DNA of 64,000 nucleotides, taken from Candidatus Babelota bacterium (GTDB lineage: Bacteria; Babelota; Babeliae; Babelales; Vermiphilaceae). The translations under genes were made by a program, and so were the position numbers. Each line of letters starts with the position of its first letter. Within the stretch, counting starts at the first letter, position 1. The notes beneath the pieces were generated by a model. The model was not told the origin of the DNA, ran no database searches, and saw only the letters and a list, made by a program, of their open reading frames with translations. Below, piece by piece: positions 18,080 through 27,519 of this stretch. Location: NCBI GenBank assembly GCA_049325595.1, contig JBMOLF010000015.1, positions 74,479 through 138,478 of the forward strand, given 5' to 3'.

Positions 18080-18895
18080 TCATTGATTTTTTATAGTTTC
18101 TAAATATTTAATAGCAGCTTTATTACCCGTAGTTCTGGTAAAATTAAACAAAGTACCGCTTTTTGACATATGCTGGCCAATTTCATTATCAATAAAATTG
18201 GGTCCAAATAATGTTATGGCTTGATTGATGATTGAAATTAAAATTTGAGTTAATGGTTTATTCTTTCCAAAAAAACTAATAAAACCTTTGAGCAAATCTA
18301 CAAATTGTGACTCATTATTTTTATTTAGTACCGGATGAGTATGATTAATAAAATTATCGAATACGCCTATAAGAGCTGCACTTAATGAATAATCTTTATC
18401 TAGCAGTGATCGAGCAAGAAGACCTATGTACATGTGTACATTCACAATAGTTATTTTATCATTTTTATTTTTAATAAATGTTATTAAGGTATTTAAGGTC
18501 TCGCTATAGGAACTATATTTGTGTGTTGCTTTTTGCAAAACTTTTATTGTTTCTGCTTTGATATTGGGATCATTATAATTACCTGAAGTTAAAACAGTTA
18601 ATGAAAGACCAAATTTTTGATCGAGTATTTTTTGGATAGTATCTTTATTTTCTTTTATGTATTCAGCGATTGCTTTATTAACTTGTGCATAGTTGTTTAA
18701 AAGAGTAAGTGCTTCATCGCGAGTATTTGAGATGTGTAATAATTGCTTTACTATCTCTGTTGTTTGAATATCAGATGGTAGTTCTGGTAACGAACTAGTA
18801 AAGGGTTGAGTAACCCATTTTTTTATTTTATTCCAAACGCCCATGCTAAAAATTGGCGAGTTTAAAAATAAAATCAAAATTATGAGCTTTTTCAT
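18080..18895 (-). CDS. secreted paralog-family protein with F-box-like motif and AIKYLE C-terminus
   Basis: Likely start is the ATG at 18895 (MKKLIILILFLNSPIFS). LPSDIQTTEIVKQLL..RDEALTLLNNYAQVNKAIAEYIKENK is near-identical in pattern to 10985-11815. Confidence 0.6.
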   Translation of the reverse strand: MKKLIILILFLNSPIFSMGVWNKIKKWVTQPFTSSLPELPSDIQTTEIVKQLLHISNTRDEALTLLNNYAQVNKAIAEYIKENKDTIQKILDQKFGLSLTVLTSGNYNDPNIKAETIKVLQKATHKYSSYSETLNTLITFIKNKNDKITIVNVHMYIGLLARSLLDKDYSLSAALIGVFDNFINHTHPVLNKNNESQFVDLLKGFISFFGKNKPLTQILISIINQAITLFGPNFIDNEIGQHMSKSGTLFNFTRTTGNKAAIKYLETIKNQ

Positions 18896-19214
18896 GAAAG
18901 TATTTCTCCAATTAATGCTTAATGATCCCAAAGAATCGCACAATAAATTAATTTTATATGATTATTCTTAATGTTGGAGTTCTTTAGTTTACCAGTTTCA
19001 TAATGCAGATTGTAATAGTTTTAAAAATAGGTTTGTTTAACATAAAGGTTGTAATTAATTTAGTTAATTGGTCTCAAATGCATTTTTATGTTACATTAAT
19101 AAAAATTACTTATTAAATTTCTGCTCTTAAGCGTATTAATAAATTTTCCATACCTACTAAGGTTAGTGTACCCAAATAGAAAAATGCACTTAGTGAATAT
19201 AAGCAGGATAAATT

Positions 19215-20006
19215 ATGAAAAAAATAATACAGAGCAATCGACCACTAAATGGTCAATTGCTTGATACCATTAAAGCAGCATTTAATTCTTCGATTGACTT
19301 TACTCAATATCCATTTTGCTTGGATGTGGTACAAAATTTAAAAGAAATTAAGTTTACAACACCAGTTACCTTTTTTGTTGGAGAAAATGGTACCGGTAAA
19401 TCAACTATTCTTGAAGCAATTGCTTATCATGCCGGTTTTGGTATTGAAGGTGGTAGCAAAAATATTAATTTTAAAACGGCATCAGAAAAGCATTATTCAA
19501 GCGCAGAGCAATTAGCAGATTGCTTAACTTTATCCTGGAATCGAAAATCTGAAGATGGTTATTTTTTTAGGGCAGAAACATTTTATAATGTTGCTAATCA
19601 TCTTGACCATATAGCGCTTTTTGGCGGAGGTGGTGATAAAACTTATGCTCCGTATGGTGGTAAATCATTGCATGAACAATCTCATGGTGAAAGTTTTTTA
19701 TCTTTTTTTAAAAATCGGTTGGGGAAAGGTGGCTTTTTTGTATTAGACGAGCCAGAGGCCGCACTTTCTCCCCAACGGCAGTTGTCTTTAATGGTTATTA
19801 TTAATCAATTATGCAAGCAAAGTTCTGCTCAATTTATTATTGCTACCCATTCACCGTTACTTTTGGCTTATCCAGGTGCAGTTATTTATTCTTGTGATAA
19901 TGGTAAACTTGATACTAAATCTTATAAAGATACTGATCATTATCAAATAACCAAAAGTTTTTTGGATAATACTGATTATTTTTTGCATCATTTGTTTAAT
20001 GATTAA
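19215..20006 (+). CDS. stand-alone ABC/SMC-type P-loop ATPase (COG3910-like)
   Basis: Walker A GENGTGKST, signature-like QSHGESF, Walker B plus D-loop FFVLDEPEAALSP, and H-loop IIATHSP. No TM or substrate domain. Confidence 0.7.
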   Translation: MKKIIQSNRPLNGQLLDTIKAAFNSSIDFTQYPFCLDVVQNLKEIKFTTPVTFFVGENGTGKSTILEAIAYHAGFGIEGGSKNINFKTASEKHYSSAEQLADCLTLSWNRKSEDGYFFRAETFYNVANHLDHIALFGGGGDKTYAPYGGKSLHEQSHGESFLSFFKNRLGKGGFFVLDEPEAALSPQRQLSLMVIINQLCKQSSAQFIIATHSPLLLAYPGAVIYSCDNGKLDTKSYKDTDHYQITKSFLDNTDYFLHHLFND

Positions 20007-20069
20007 CTTTACGCTTTATTTCTTTTTTACTATAGTCTCCACAAGTTAATTCAAACTAAGGAGTACTAC

Positions 20070-20867
20070 ATGAAAAAGAAGATAACGCTTCTTGCATTAT
20101 TATCAATTCCGTATGCATATGCGTATGATGTTGATTGTGCCAATATTAAAGAGATGTATGATCGTGCGCAGATGTACATGCAGGCCAATAGACCCGGTTA
20201 CACATCTCATGCCGTTGAAATGTTTCAAGCAATTTATGATAAATGTAAAGACAAGTCAAAAGATAAAGAAACATTAGGAAACACGGTTTATCAGATTGGC
20301 AGAGCTCATTGGCACGGTTATGGTGTTGGCAGAAATTATCCTAAAGCATGCAGTTATTTTGATGAATTGATTAGCCAATATGCAGATGTAGCCGACCATA
20401 ATTTGGTTGGGTATTCTCAAATGTTTATTGCAGATGGCGCACGTAATGCTTTGTGTGAAGAACGCAATTGGGCAAAAGCAATAATAATGTATAAAAAAAT
20501 CATTGCTGATGAAAAATTTACAAAGGCTGATATTAAAGCATGGGCGCAAGCTCGTTTAGGAGATGCTTATCGCGAAGGTGAAGGAATAGGGCAAGACTAT
20601 TCAAAAAGTTTTGAGCTCTTTAACTCTATTATGAATGATGATAAAAACATTCCTGATAAATCAGTTGTAGCATGGGCAAAGTTTTGGATAGCAGATGCTC
20701 ATGAACATGCAAAAGGTGTAGAAAAAGATTTAGATAAAGCACATGCAATGTTCACTGATATTGTTGAAAATTATAAAGAATTGGATCCAATAGCTGTTAT
20801 TCATGCACAAGATCGATTAAAGAAAATGGAAGAAGCTGGCTATAAACCGAATGTAAAAAAAGATTAA
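20070..20867 (+). CDS. secreted Sel1-like repeat (SLR/TPR-like) protein
   Basis: Signal peptide plus repeated A..W...A...G.GV..D...A motifs (GRAHWHGYGVGRNYPKA, LGDAYREGEGIGQDYSKS, IADAHEHAKGVEKDLDKA). Confidence 0.7.
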   Translation: MKKKITLLALLSIPYAYAYDVDCANIKEMYDRAQMYMQANRPGYTSHAVEMFQAIYDKCKDKSKDKETLGNTVYQIGRAHWHGYGVGRNYPKACSYFDELISQYADVADHNLVGYSQMFIADGARNALCEERNWAKAIIMYKKIIADEKFTKADIKAWAQARLGDAYREGEGIGQDYSKSFELFNSIMNDDKNIPDKSVVAWAKFWIADAHEHAKGVEKDLDKAHAMFTDIVENYKELDPIAVIHAQDRLKKMEEAGYKPNVKKD

Positions 20868-20888
20868 TATTATTTTAGAAGGATTGCT

Positions 20889-21230
20889 ATGAAGAAATTG
20901 TTATTAACAACTCTTGTAGTTACTGCTATGAGTCTATATGCCGATGCTGACCCAAGAAAACCATTAGAACAAATGCGTGAACATAAACGACAAGATGACT
21001 CAATGACAGCTAAAGATTTTATTGTTGCTGGGGTGATTGGCGGTTGCGCTATTGAACTTGCTAATGTAATTAGAAAAGATGAAAATTATAAAAAAGTTTT
21101 AGCTTTTGCAATGGATTATCCGGGTGTTTTTGTTGCCGGTGTTTCAGCATCAGCTGGTCTTATTTACATTTATGGTAAAGGGATTAAAAATTTTCTTTCG
21201 CGTTATAAGCTCGTAGCTAAATCAGAATAA
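20889..21230 (+). CDS. small membrane protein
   Basis: 113 aa with a signal peptide and two Gly/Ala-rich hydrophobic segments. Starts 21 nt after the SLR gene. Confidence 0.45.
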   Translation: MKKLLLTTLVVTAMSLYADADPRKPLEQMREHKRQDDSMTAKDFIVAGVIGGCAIELANVIRKDENYKKVLAFAMDYPGVFVAGVSASAGLIYIYGKGIKNFLSRYKLVAKSE

Positions 21231-21253
21231 GTGATTACAGAATTATCACCAAT

Positions 21254-21287
21254 AAAAAAAGGCTAGAATAATCTAGCCTTTTTTTAT
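21254..21287 (+). terminator. rho-independent terminator
   Basis: aaaaaaaggctaga-ataa-tctagcc followed by a T-run. Confidence 0.7.
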
Positions 21288-21355
21288 TGACAATTTAATT
21301 TCAAAAGTAATAATAAGGTCGACATATTATAAAACAGCTAAGCCAAGGGGAAATA

Positions 21356-23056
21356 ATGTCAAAAAAATTATTGCTTTCTTTTTGTGTTGCGAGCAATCTA
21401 TTCGCTCAATACGATGACCATTATAAATCAGGGGCAGCAAGAATTGCTCATATAATGTCTAATGAAGAAACGGATGTAGGTGTCTCTGCTAAAAAAAATA
21501 TTAAGTATGCAGAAACTCAGAATTTGGTGCATGATTTGAATACCACAGAAATTGCACATTTTTTTGATTGCAAAACAGTATGGGGCACTATTTATTTGCA
21601 AGAGACGTTGAATAATCCAATACGTTTGGAAGATTTACCAGCAGTATTACAACGACAAAATGCAATAAAAACACTGGTAGAAAACCCTGCAATAAAAAAA
21701 GAAGTTGATCAACTTTTGGAAATGGTAAAGCAATCTGAGAATGATATTATTTTGCTGTTTTCTGATTATTTTAAGGGTCAAAACTGCCCAGAATTAGCAA
21801 ATCTTGAAATTATAAAAAAACAAAATCCTTATCTGTATCCCTTTTTTAAATTGATAACATATAACCCAAAAGCAAAATGTGCTGCAACAGCGTTGAGTCT
21901 TATTTCTATTCCTATTGGAACAGCAACTACTGCCTATTTAGCAAAAATTTCTTATGACCTTGCGCGTGCTGGTTATCATTCAATTAATATGTATTTATTA
22001 ACTGCTTATTGTGGGTTGCTTGATGGTATTTCAATGTATGGTGCTTACAAAGATTATTCGTTAGGATCTGAAAAAAGAAAAAAGTTACATGCATTAAATC
22101 AGCTTATCACCAGCGCAGAACTTATTGAAAAATTATGCTCTCAATTTGGTATTGAACAACACTATAAAATAAGTGACTATAAAGATATAGTTGGATATCA
22201 GCTTATTAAAGAACTTAAGCATGACAGATATGCACGCAAACAATGCGCTTTATTTTTGACATCATCTGTGCATACCTTCATATATAAATTATATGAGCAT
22301 GATAAACAGTTAGCGCAATTATTCGCTACTATTGGTGAGATGGATGCATATAATGCGGTAGCAAATAAAATATTAGCATCAAAAGAACAGGGTAATAAAT
22401 TCTGCTTTGCTCGTTTTAACGAAAATAAAAACGCGTTCATACAAGCGACTAATTTTTGGAATGTATTAGTAACAAATCCGATTGTAAACTCTATATCAGA
22501 AGATAGAAACATTATATTAACAGGTCCAAACAAGGGCGGAAAAACAACTGCTATCAGAGCATTGCTCCAAAATATTGTAATGGCACAGAGCTTTGGTATA
22601 GCAGCGGCAGAATATTTTGAAAGTAGTGTTTTTGATGTAATTCATTCATATCTTAATGTTTCAGATGATTTAATTAATGGATTTTCATTATTTGCATCCG
22701 AATTAAAACGAGCCCAAGAAATATTGCAGCGAATCAAATCATTGAATAATAATGAAAAGTTTTTCTTCGCGCTAGATGAACTATTTACTGGAACGGTTGC
22801 TGAAGATGGTGAACAGTGTGCTCATGAATTTATTAAAAAGATTGGTAATTATGATGGCATTCAATTTATATACGCAACACATTTTAATAAATTAAAAGAA
22901 TTAGCAGAACATAATGCTAGATGTGTTAATTACCGTGTTGATGCGCCTTTCAAAAACGAAGAAGGCAAATTAATGTATCCATTTACGCTAAGTAAAGGAT
23001 ATAGTGATTCACGTGTAGCTCTGGATCTAGCTCGTGAAGCACAGTTATTTGATTAA
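21356..23056 (+). CDS. membrane-associated MutS-related ATPase (MutS core and domain V only)
   Basis: 566 aa with an N-terminal signal or anchor and internal hydrophobic helices (ATALSLISIPIGTATTAYLA; LLTAYCGLLDGISMYGAY). MutS domain V has Walker A GPNKGGKTT, Walker B FFALDELFTGT, and ATHF. No mismatch-binding or Smr domain seen. Confidence 0.7.
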   Translation: MSKKLLLSFCVASNLFAQYDDHYKSGAARIAHIMSNEETDVGVSAKKNIKYAETQNLVHDLNTTEIAHFFDCKTVWGTIYLQETLNNPIRLEDLPAVLQRQNAIKTLVENPAIKKEVDQLLEMVKQSENDIILLFSDYFKGQNCPELANLEIIKKQNPYLYPFFKLITYNPKAKCAATALSLISIPIGTATTAYLAKISYDLARAGYHSINMYLLTAYCGLLDGISMYGAYKDYSLGSEKRKKLHALNQLITSAELIEKLCSQFGIEQHYKISDYKDIVGYQLIKELKHDRYARKQCALFLTSSVHTFIYKLYEHDKQLAQLFATIGEMDAYNAVANKILASKEQGNKFCFARFNENKNAFIQATNFWNVLVTNPIVNSISEDRNIILTGPNKGGKTTAIRALLQNIVMAQSFGIAAAEYFESSVFDVIHSYLNVSDDLINGFSLFASELKRAQEILQRIKSLNNNEKFFFALDELFTGTVAEDGEQCAHEFIKKIGNYDGIQFIYATHFNKLKELAEHNARCVNYRVDAPFKNEEGKLMYPFTLSKGYSDSRVALDLAREAQLFD

Positions 23057-23077
23057 TATGTTTAACTATGTTTATAA

Positions 23078-23104
23078 TTACGGCTGCGATTTACGCAGCC
23101 GTAA
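23078..23104 (+). terminator. hairpin terminator after the MutS-related gene
   Basis: attacggctgcg-attta-cgcagccgtaat followed by gtttatt. Confidence 0.55.
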
Positions 23105-23407
23105 TGTTTATTGAGATTTTACAACAAAGTTTACAAACGATTTTTTTAATTTTGAAAAAAGAAAAATTATATGTTCTTACCATATAAAAAATAATTGATC
23201 TTACTCACGAGCTTAATGAACATAATACAGCATGGGAGATGGTGATTGTGGCTTTGAATTACATACGTTGATTATGATCAGTGTAATGACGTTGTCAAAT
23301 TTAAAATACAAGCGCTAGCCTAAACAAGTCATGAGTAATTGCATTACCAATAAAAATTAACGCTATGCAAGCTCCTATTCAGGTAATTGGGCTTATTGAT
23401 TAATTTA

Positions 23408-24012
23408 TTAATTATCCAGTTGTACAACTCCATGAATCAGTTCTTTGTAATAAGCAGACTTACTGAGCAATGTGTGCTGATCATAGGCCTCAATTATTTT
23501 TTCTTGATCAAGCAAAGATAAATCGATAATCCCAACAGCTTTTTGTATTGTTTTAAGACGATGGGCAACAACGAGCGTAACTGATTCATGAGCAAGATGC
23601 TCAATCATGCGCGTAATAGCAAGTTCACTGATCTCATCAAGGCTGCTTGTAGGTTCATCTATGAGAATGAGAAGTGGTTTATAAAATAGACCTCTTAGAT
23701 ACAGTGCAGCAAAATTTAACCGTTGTCTTTGGCCGCCTGATAAGTTAAGCCCACCTTCGCCTAATACTGTTTCTATGCCGTTGTGGTTGTTTAAAATAGT
23801 GAGCAATCCAACTTGATCCAAAACCGATATCAACTGATCATCAGAAAAGCCATGATCATTTGGAAGGCCCAGCAAGAGATTATTTTTTATCGTGCCCCGC
23901 AGATTTGAAGCGACCTGTCCTTGGAGTGCTATAAGCCGGCTTCGCATTGCATCGGTTACCTGATATATGTCAATACCATTAATTAAAATAGCGCCCTTAA
24001 TGGGTTTTAATC
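23408..24012 (-). pseudogene. ABC transporter ATP-binding domain, 5'-truncated remnant
   Basis: The frame is open only from 24012 (IKGAILINGIDIYQV...). It retains the signature LSGGQRQR, Walker B LLILIDEPTSSLD and H-loop VVAHR, but Walker A and any TMD are missing. The break coincides with the IS200/IS605 left end. Confidence 0.8.
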
Positions 24013-24565
24013 TCTAGAGGTTAATTCCTCGCGGCTTGCCGCGGGACAAAAGTCCTTATAAACTGGAGTTATGAGTCGCTACATACATAAAAGTCATAAC
24101 GTATCAGTACTAATGTATCATATAGTTTGTCCCGCGAAATACCGGAAAGCAGTATTTAACGAAGAGATAGATAAAATCTTAAAGTTAGTTTGCTTAGAAA
24201 TTGAACTGAGATATGAGATAGAGTTCCTAGAAATAGGAACGGACCGAGATCATGTACATTTTCTTGTGCAATCAGTACCAACGTATAGTCCAACAGAAAT
24301 AGTAAAGAAAATAAAGAGCATCACAGCGAGAGAAATTTTCAAGAGAGCTCCCTATGTTAAAAAAGAATTATGGGGAGGCGAATTTTGGTCGAGTGGATAT
24401 TATATTAGTACTGTTGGTAAACATGGAAGCGAGAAACGAGTAGCTGCATATGTTAAAAATCAAGGTCAAGAATATAATTTGTTGCACAAACAAGATCCTA
24501 AAAAATTCGGACAGATGTTTTTCCTATAAATAGTTTTGATACCTCGCTGCTTGCTGCGAGGTTAT
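24013..24565 (+). mobile_element. IS200/IS605-family element (tnpA only)
   Basis: tnpA is flanked by subterminal hairpins: cctcgcgg-cttg-ccgcggg (24026-24044) and acctcgc-tgcttgct-gcgaggt (24541-24562). Exact ends not determined. Confidence 0.75.
24071..24529 (+). CDS. tnpA: IS200/IS605 family Y1 (HUH) transposase TnpA
   Basis: 152 aa. YHIVCPAKYRK, HUH motif DHVHFLV and YVKNQG are typical of IS200 TnpA. Confidence 0.92.
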   Translation: MSRYIHKSHNVSVLMYHIVCPAKYRKAVFNEEIDKILKLVCLEIELRYEIEFLEIGTDRDHVHFLVQSVPTYSPTEIVKKIKSITAREIFKRAPYVKKELWGGEFWSSGYYISTVGKHGSEKRVAAYVKNQGQEYNLLHKQDPKKFGQMFFL

Positions 24566-24804
24566 TCATTTAACTCTTTATGCTTAATAACATACAAACG
24601 TGCTGCTTTTGATGATGCTTGATAACGGTTTATATTTTGCCACGCTTCTTTTTTTGTTTGTGCAGTGTTAATGAGCTGTTTGATAATTTCACCAAATCTA
24701 ATTTCTTCAGGAAGCGCTTCAAGTGAACATGGTTTATTTTTTTCCATCGCATAAGAGTGATGAGCTAGAAAAAGAAATGTTAGAAGTAAGACTTTTTTAA
24801 TCAT
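24562..24804 (-). pseudogene. N-terminal-only fragment of an F-box-like secreted protein
   Basis: 80 aa: a signal peptide plus LPEEIRFGEIIKQLINTAQTKKEAWQNINRY, then a stop exactly at the IS200/IS605 right-end hairpin. Full-length relatives are 254-287 aa. Confidence 0.5.
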
Positions 24805-25008
24805 GACAATCCTAACCTAATTAGGTAATACCTATTGCGATTGTAAATTGTCCTTCATTTGCAATGCAAGATATTGCGATTTGTATCTTTTTAATTGTGA
24901 TGTAGAAATTCAAACCGATAATAAGCAAAAATTTTTTTGAAAAAATAAAGCAAAAACATTATTATGTTTTGCTTGTAAGCATTTTTAATTTAACTACAAG
25001 GACTATTT

Positions 25009-25665
25009 ATGAAAAAACAAACAATATTGTTATTAATAGGTTTATCTTTGATAAATTCTATTGGTGCAAGTCATGAATCATCTGATATAAAAAATGATTG
25101 GCTTCCACCACTAAAAACCAAATTTGAAGAGCTATCTCAAGGTTGTAATCCGTATGAACGACTCTGTTTTACCCCAGAAAAGATTAGAGATTTAGAATTT
25201 GTTTTTAAAACTTCTCCTCGACGGGCACAAAATGTTGTTGAACAATTAAAAAATAAGAGCGAATCGCAATTTACTCTTTTCTTTGGTCGTAGTGGAACCG
25301 GCAAAACTGATATGGCGCAAGCTATAGCTTATAAAATGATGAAAGAAGGATGGTCTACTCATTTTATTCCAAGCATGTATTTAGTAACAACCAGTGATGC
25401 TCGAACCTTAGAAAACTTAAAAAAGCAACTTGAATACATTACTACTCATAATAATAAAGTACTCATTATAATTGATGATATAGATGGATTATTTGATAGT
25501 TGTTCTGATAGCAAACTATTAGTTGAATATTTTAATCATTTTCTTGATGTTAATCAGAATAATCCTAATATACATGTTATTGCTACCCTATCAGAGCAAG
25601 GTAGATTACCTCAAAAACTTGAACAAAAAATTGGTCACCGCAGAATAAGATTTAATTCTTTTTAA
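25009..25665 (+). CDS. AAA+-type P-loop ATPase domain protein with N-terminal signal peptide
   Basis: Signal-like MKKQTILLLIGLSLINSIGA, Walker A GRSGTGKT and Walker B VLIIIDDIDG. Only 218 aa. Confidence 0.55.
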   Translation: MKKQTILLLIGLSLINSIGASHESSDIKNDWLPPLKTKFEELSQGCNPYERLCFTPEKIRDLEFVFKTSPRRAQNVVEQLKNKSESQFTLFFGRSGTGKTDMAQAIAYKMMKEGWSTHFIPSMYLVTTSDARTLENLKKQLEYITTHNNKVLIIIDDIDGLFDSCSDSKLLVEYFNHFLDVNQNNPNIHVIATLSEQGRLPQKLEQKIGHRRIRFNSF

Positions 25666-25685
25666 TGTGAATTAGCTATAAAAAC

Positions 25686-25715
25686 AAAGAGCTCCTCGCA
25701 AAAAAGGAGCTCTTT
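25686..25715. terminator. bidirectional hairpin terminator between convergent genes
   Basis: aaagagctcct-cgcaaaa-aggagctcttt with A/T runs on both sides. Confidence 0.65.
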
Positions 25716-25723
25716 TGTTGTAT

Positions 25724-26545
25724 TTATTCAACAAAATGTAACTTACCATCTTTATAACTACCGCGCTCACGCATGAGCAATTTTAACTTTTCAACGGCAT
25801 CGCTATAACCACCAACTTGATCTATAAGCCCTAATTGTAATGCTTGCTCACCGGTAAACTCTTTTGCATCGGCCCAGTCAGATACATTTTCTATTTTTAG
25901 ATTTCGAAACTGTGCAACTCGAGCAACAAAATTTTTATAACAATTGTCTACGTGTTCTTGATAAAAGGCGCGGACTTCGTCTTTCATGATAGGGGTATCT
26001 TCGTTTCGTGCTATTTTGTATTTTCCTGCATGAACAGTATCATAGATTATATCTCCATTTATGCCGTTGCTGTTTTTCTGTTTCATATTATTTATTTTTT
26101 TGTTTGACCACAATACACCAATACTTCCTATTGTACTCATAGAAGGGGCAATGATATTACTTGTTGCAGATGCTACTAAATAAGCACCTGAATTGCACAT
26201 GCTTGCTACTAGTGTAACAATCGGTTTTGTTTTATTGAGCATCTCTATTTCGCGTGAGATGAGCTCCGATAGTCCACTACTTCCACCATTAGAATTAATT
26301 ACGAGTAATATACCCTTAATTGAATCTTTTTCTGCAAATTCAATAATTTTTTTAATTAGTTTTTCAGTTTCTTCATTATTAATCTGATTGGTAAGTTTTA
26401 AAATCCCAATTTGATTTTGGGCTGGTACGTGTTGCGCTTTTTTTACTAAAAATTTACTGAGCAAAGGGATGTTAAGAGCTTTAGCTGACAAAATAATATT
26501 GCATGCAATAAACAAGAGTAAGGTTTTTGTATAACTGATTTTCAT
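25724..26545 (-). CDS. sppA: signal peptide peptidase SppA (36K type, S49)
   Basis: 273 aa. INSNGGSSG, CNSGAYLVASATSNIIAPSMSTIGSIGV and GLIDQVGG are typical of S49 SppA. Confidence 0.82.
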   Translation of the reverse strand: MKISYTKTLLLFIACNIILSAKALNIPLLSKFLVKKAQHVPAQNQIGILKLTNQINNEETEKLIKKIIEFAEKDSIKGILLVINSNGGSSGLSELISREIEMLNKTKPIVTLVASMCNSGAYLVASATSNIIAPSMSTIGSIGVLWSNKKINNMKQKNSNGINGDIIYDTVHAGKYKIARNEDTPIMKDEVRAFYQEHVDNCYKNFVARVAQFRNLKIENVSDWADAKEFTGEQALQLGLIDQVGGYSDAVEKLKLLMRERGSYKDGKLHFVE

Positions 26546-26760
26546 AAAGATATCCTTTGTATAATTTCACCGATAAACAAGTATAACTTTTTTAAAAAAA
26601 ACAGGAATTTAATATAGTATTTTTAATTGAGAGAAATGCTATAGGAAATTAAGAGGCTTATCTTAGCCTGCTCAAGTAATTCTCAATGGCATATTTTTAA
26701 CAAATATATCTAAAAATGGTTTATATTAGTTTTGACTATAATATACGGGAGTTTGCGCTT

Positions 26761-27510
26761 ATGAACCCAACTAAATTATTGTATATGGATGATTTTAACC
26801 AACTGTATTGCACGGCCCGCGTTGAAAGCGTTTTTTCAGAAAATGGCAAAGACATCGTTATTCTTGATCAGACCGTGTTTTATCCACAGGGTGGTGGTCA
26901 ACCATACGACAAAGGTATTATTAAATCTAATAATGGCGAATTTGTTGTTGAAGAAGTCCGATTTGGAGAAGGCATGGTAAAACATATTGGCTTTTTTAGA
27001 CACGGTATGTTTCCCGCATTTGGCAAGGGGAGGTTTATGCCAGGTGAAATAGTTGAATGTATTGTAGAGCAGGATCGTCGTGTACTTAATACGCGCTTGC
27101 ATTCTGCTGGTCATTTGATTGATTTAGCAGTACAAGAATTAAATTTACCGTGGGTGCCAGCAAAAGGATTCCATTTTCCTGAGGGGCCGTATGTTGAGTA
27201 TGTAGTGGAATCTACTAACTTTGATAAAGAAAAAACAAAAGAGGACATTGAGGTTATTTGTAATCGATTAATTAATGAAAATATGCAAACTTCACTCCTC
27301 TTTATGAATAAAGAAGATATGAAATCGGTGTGCAAAAATGTTCCGGCTTTTATTCCTGAGAATAAGCCAGCGCGCGTTGTGATGTATGGCAAAGTTGGTA
27401 TTCCCTGTGGTGGCACTCATGTAAAAAATAGTGCTGATATAAAACATATGGGCATACGAAAAATTAAAGTTGAAGGTAATCATGTTAAAGTGGCTTATGA
27501 GATAGCCTGA
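26761..27510 (+). CDS. alanyl/threonyl-tRNA synthetase editing-domain protein (AlaX-like)
   Basis: tRNA_SAD zinc motifs H-x3-H (HSAGHLID) and C-x3-H (CGGTHV). FYPQGGGQPYD is an N-domain as in AlaX-M. The ATG at 26761 is preferred over 26716. Confidence 0.75.
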   Translation: MNPTKLLYMDDFNQLYCTARVESVFSENGKDIVILDQTVFYPQGGGQPYDKGIIKSNNGEFVVEEVRFGEGMVKHIGFFRHGMFPAFGKGRFMPGEIVECIVEQDRRVLNTRLHSAGHLIDLAVQELNLPWVPAKGFHFPEGPYVEYVVESTNFDKEKTKEDIEVICNRLINENMQTSLLFMNKEDMKSVCKNVPAFIPENKPARVVMYGKVGIPCGGTHVKNSADIKHMGIRKIKVEGNHVKVAYEIA

Positions 27511-27519
27511 AGGAAATTA

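Noticed and set aside
26880-26888. Perfect DnaA-box-like TTATCCACA.
   Set aside because: It is a single copy inside the alaX-like coding sequence, with no cluster of boxes or AT-rich unwinding element nearby. Most likely chance.
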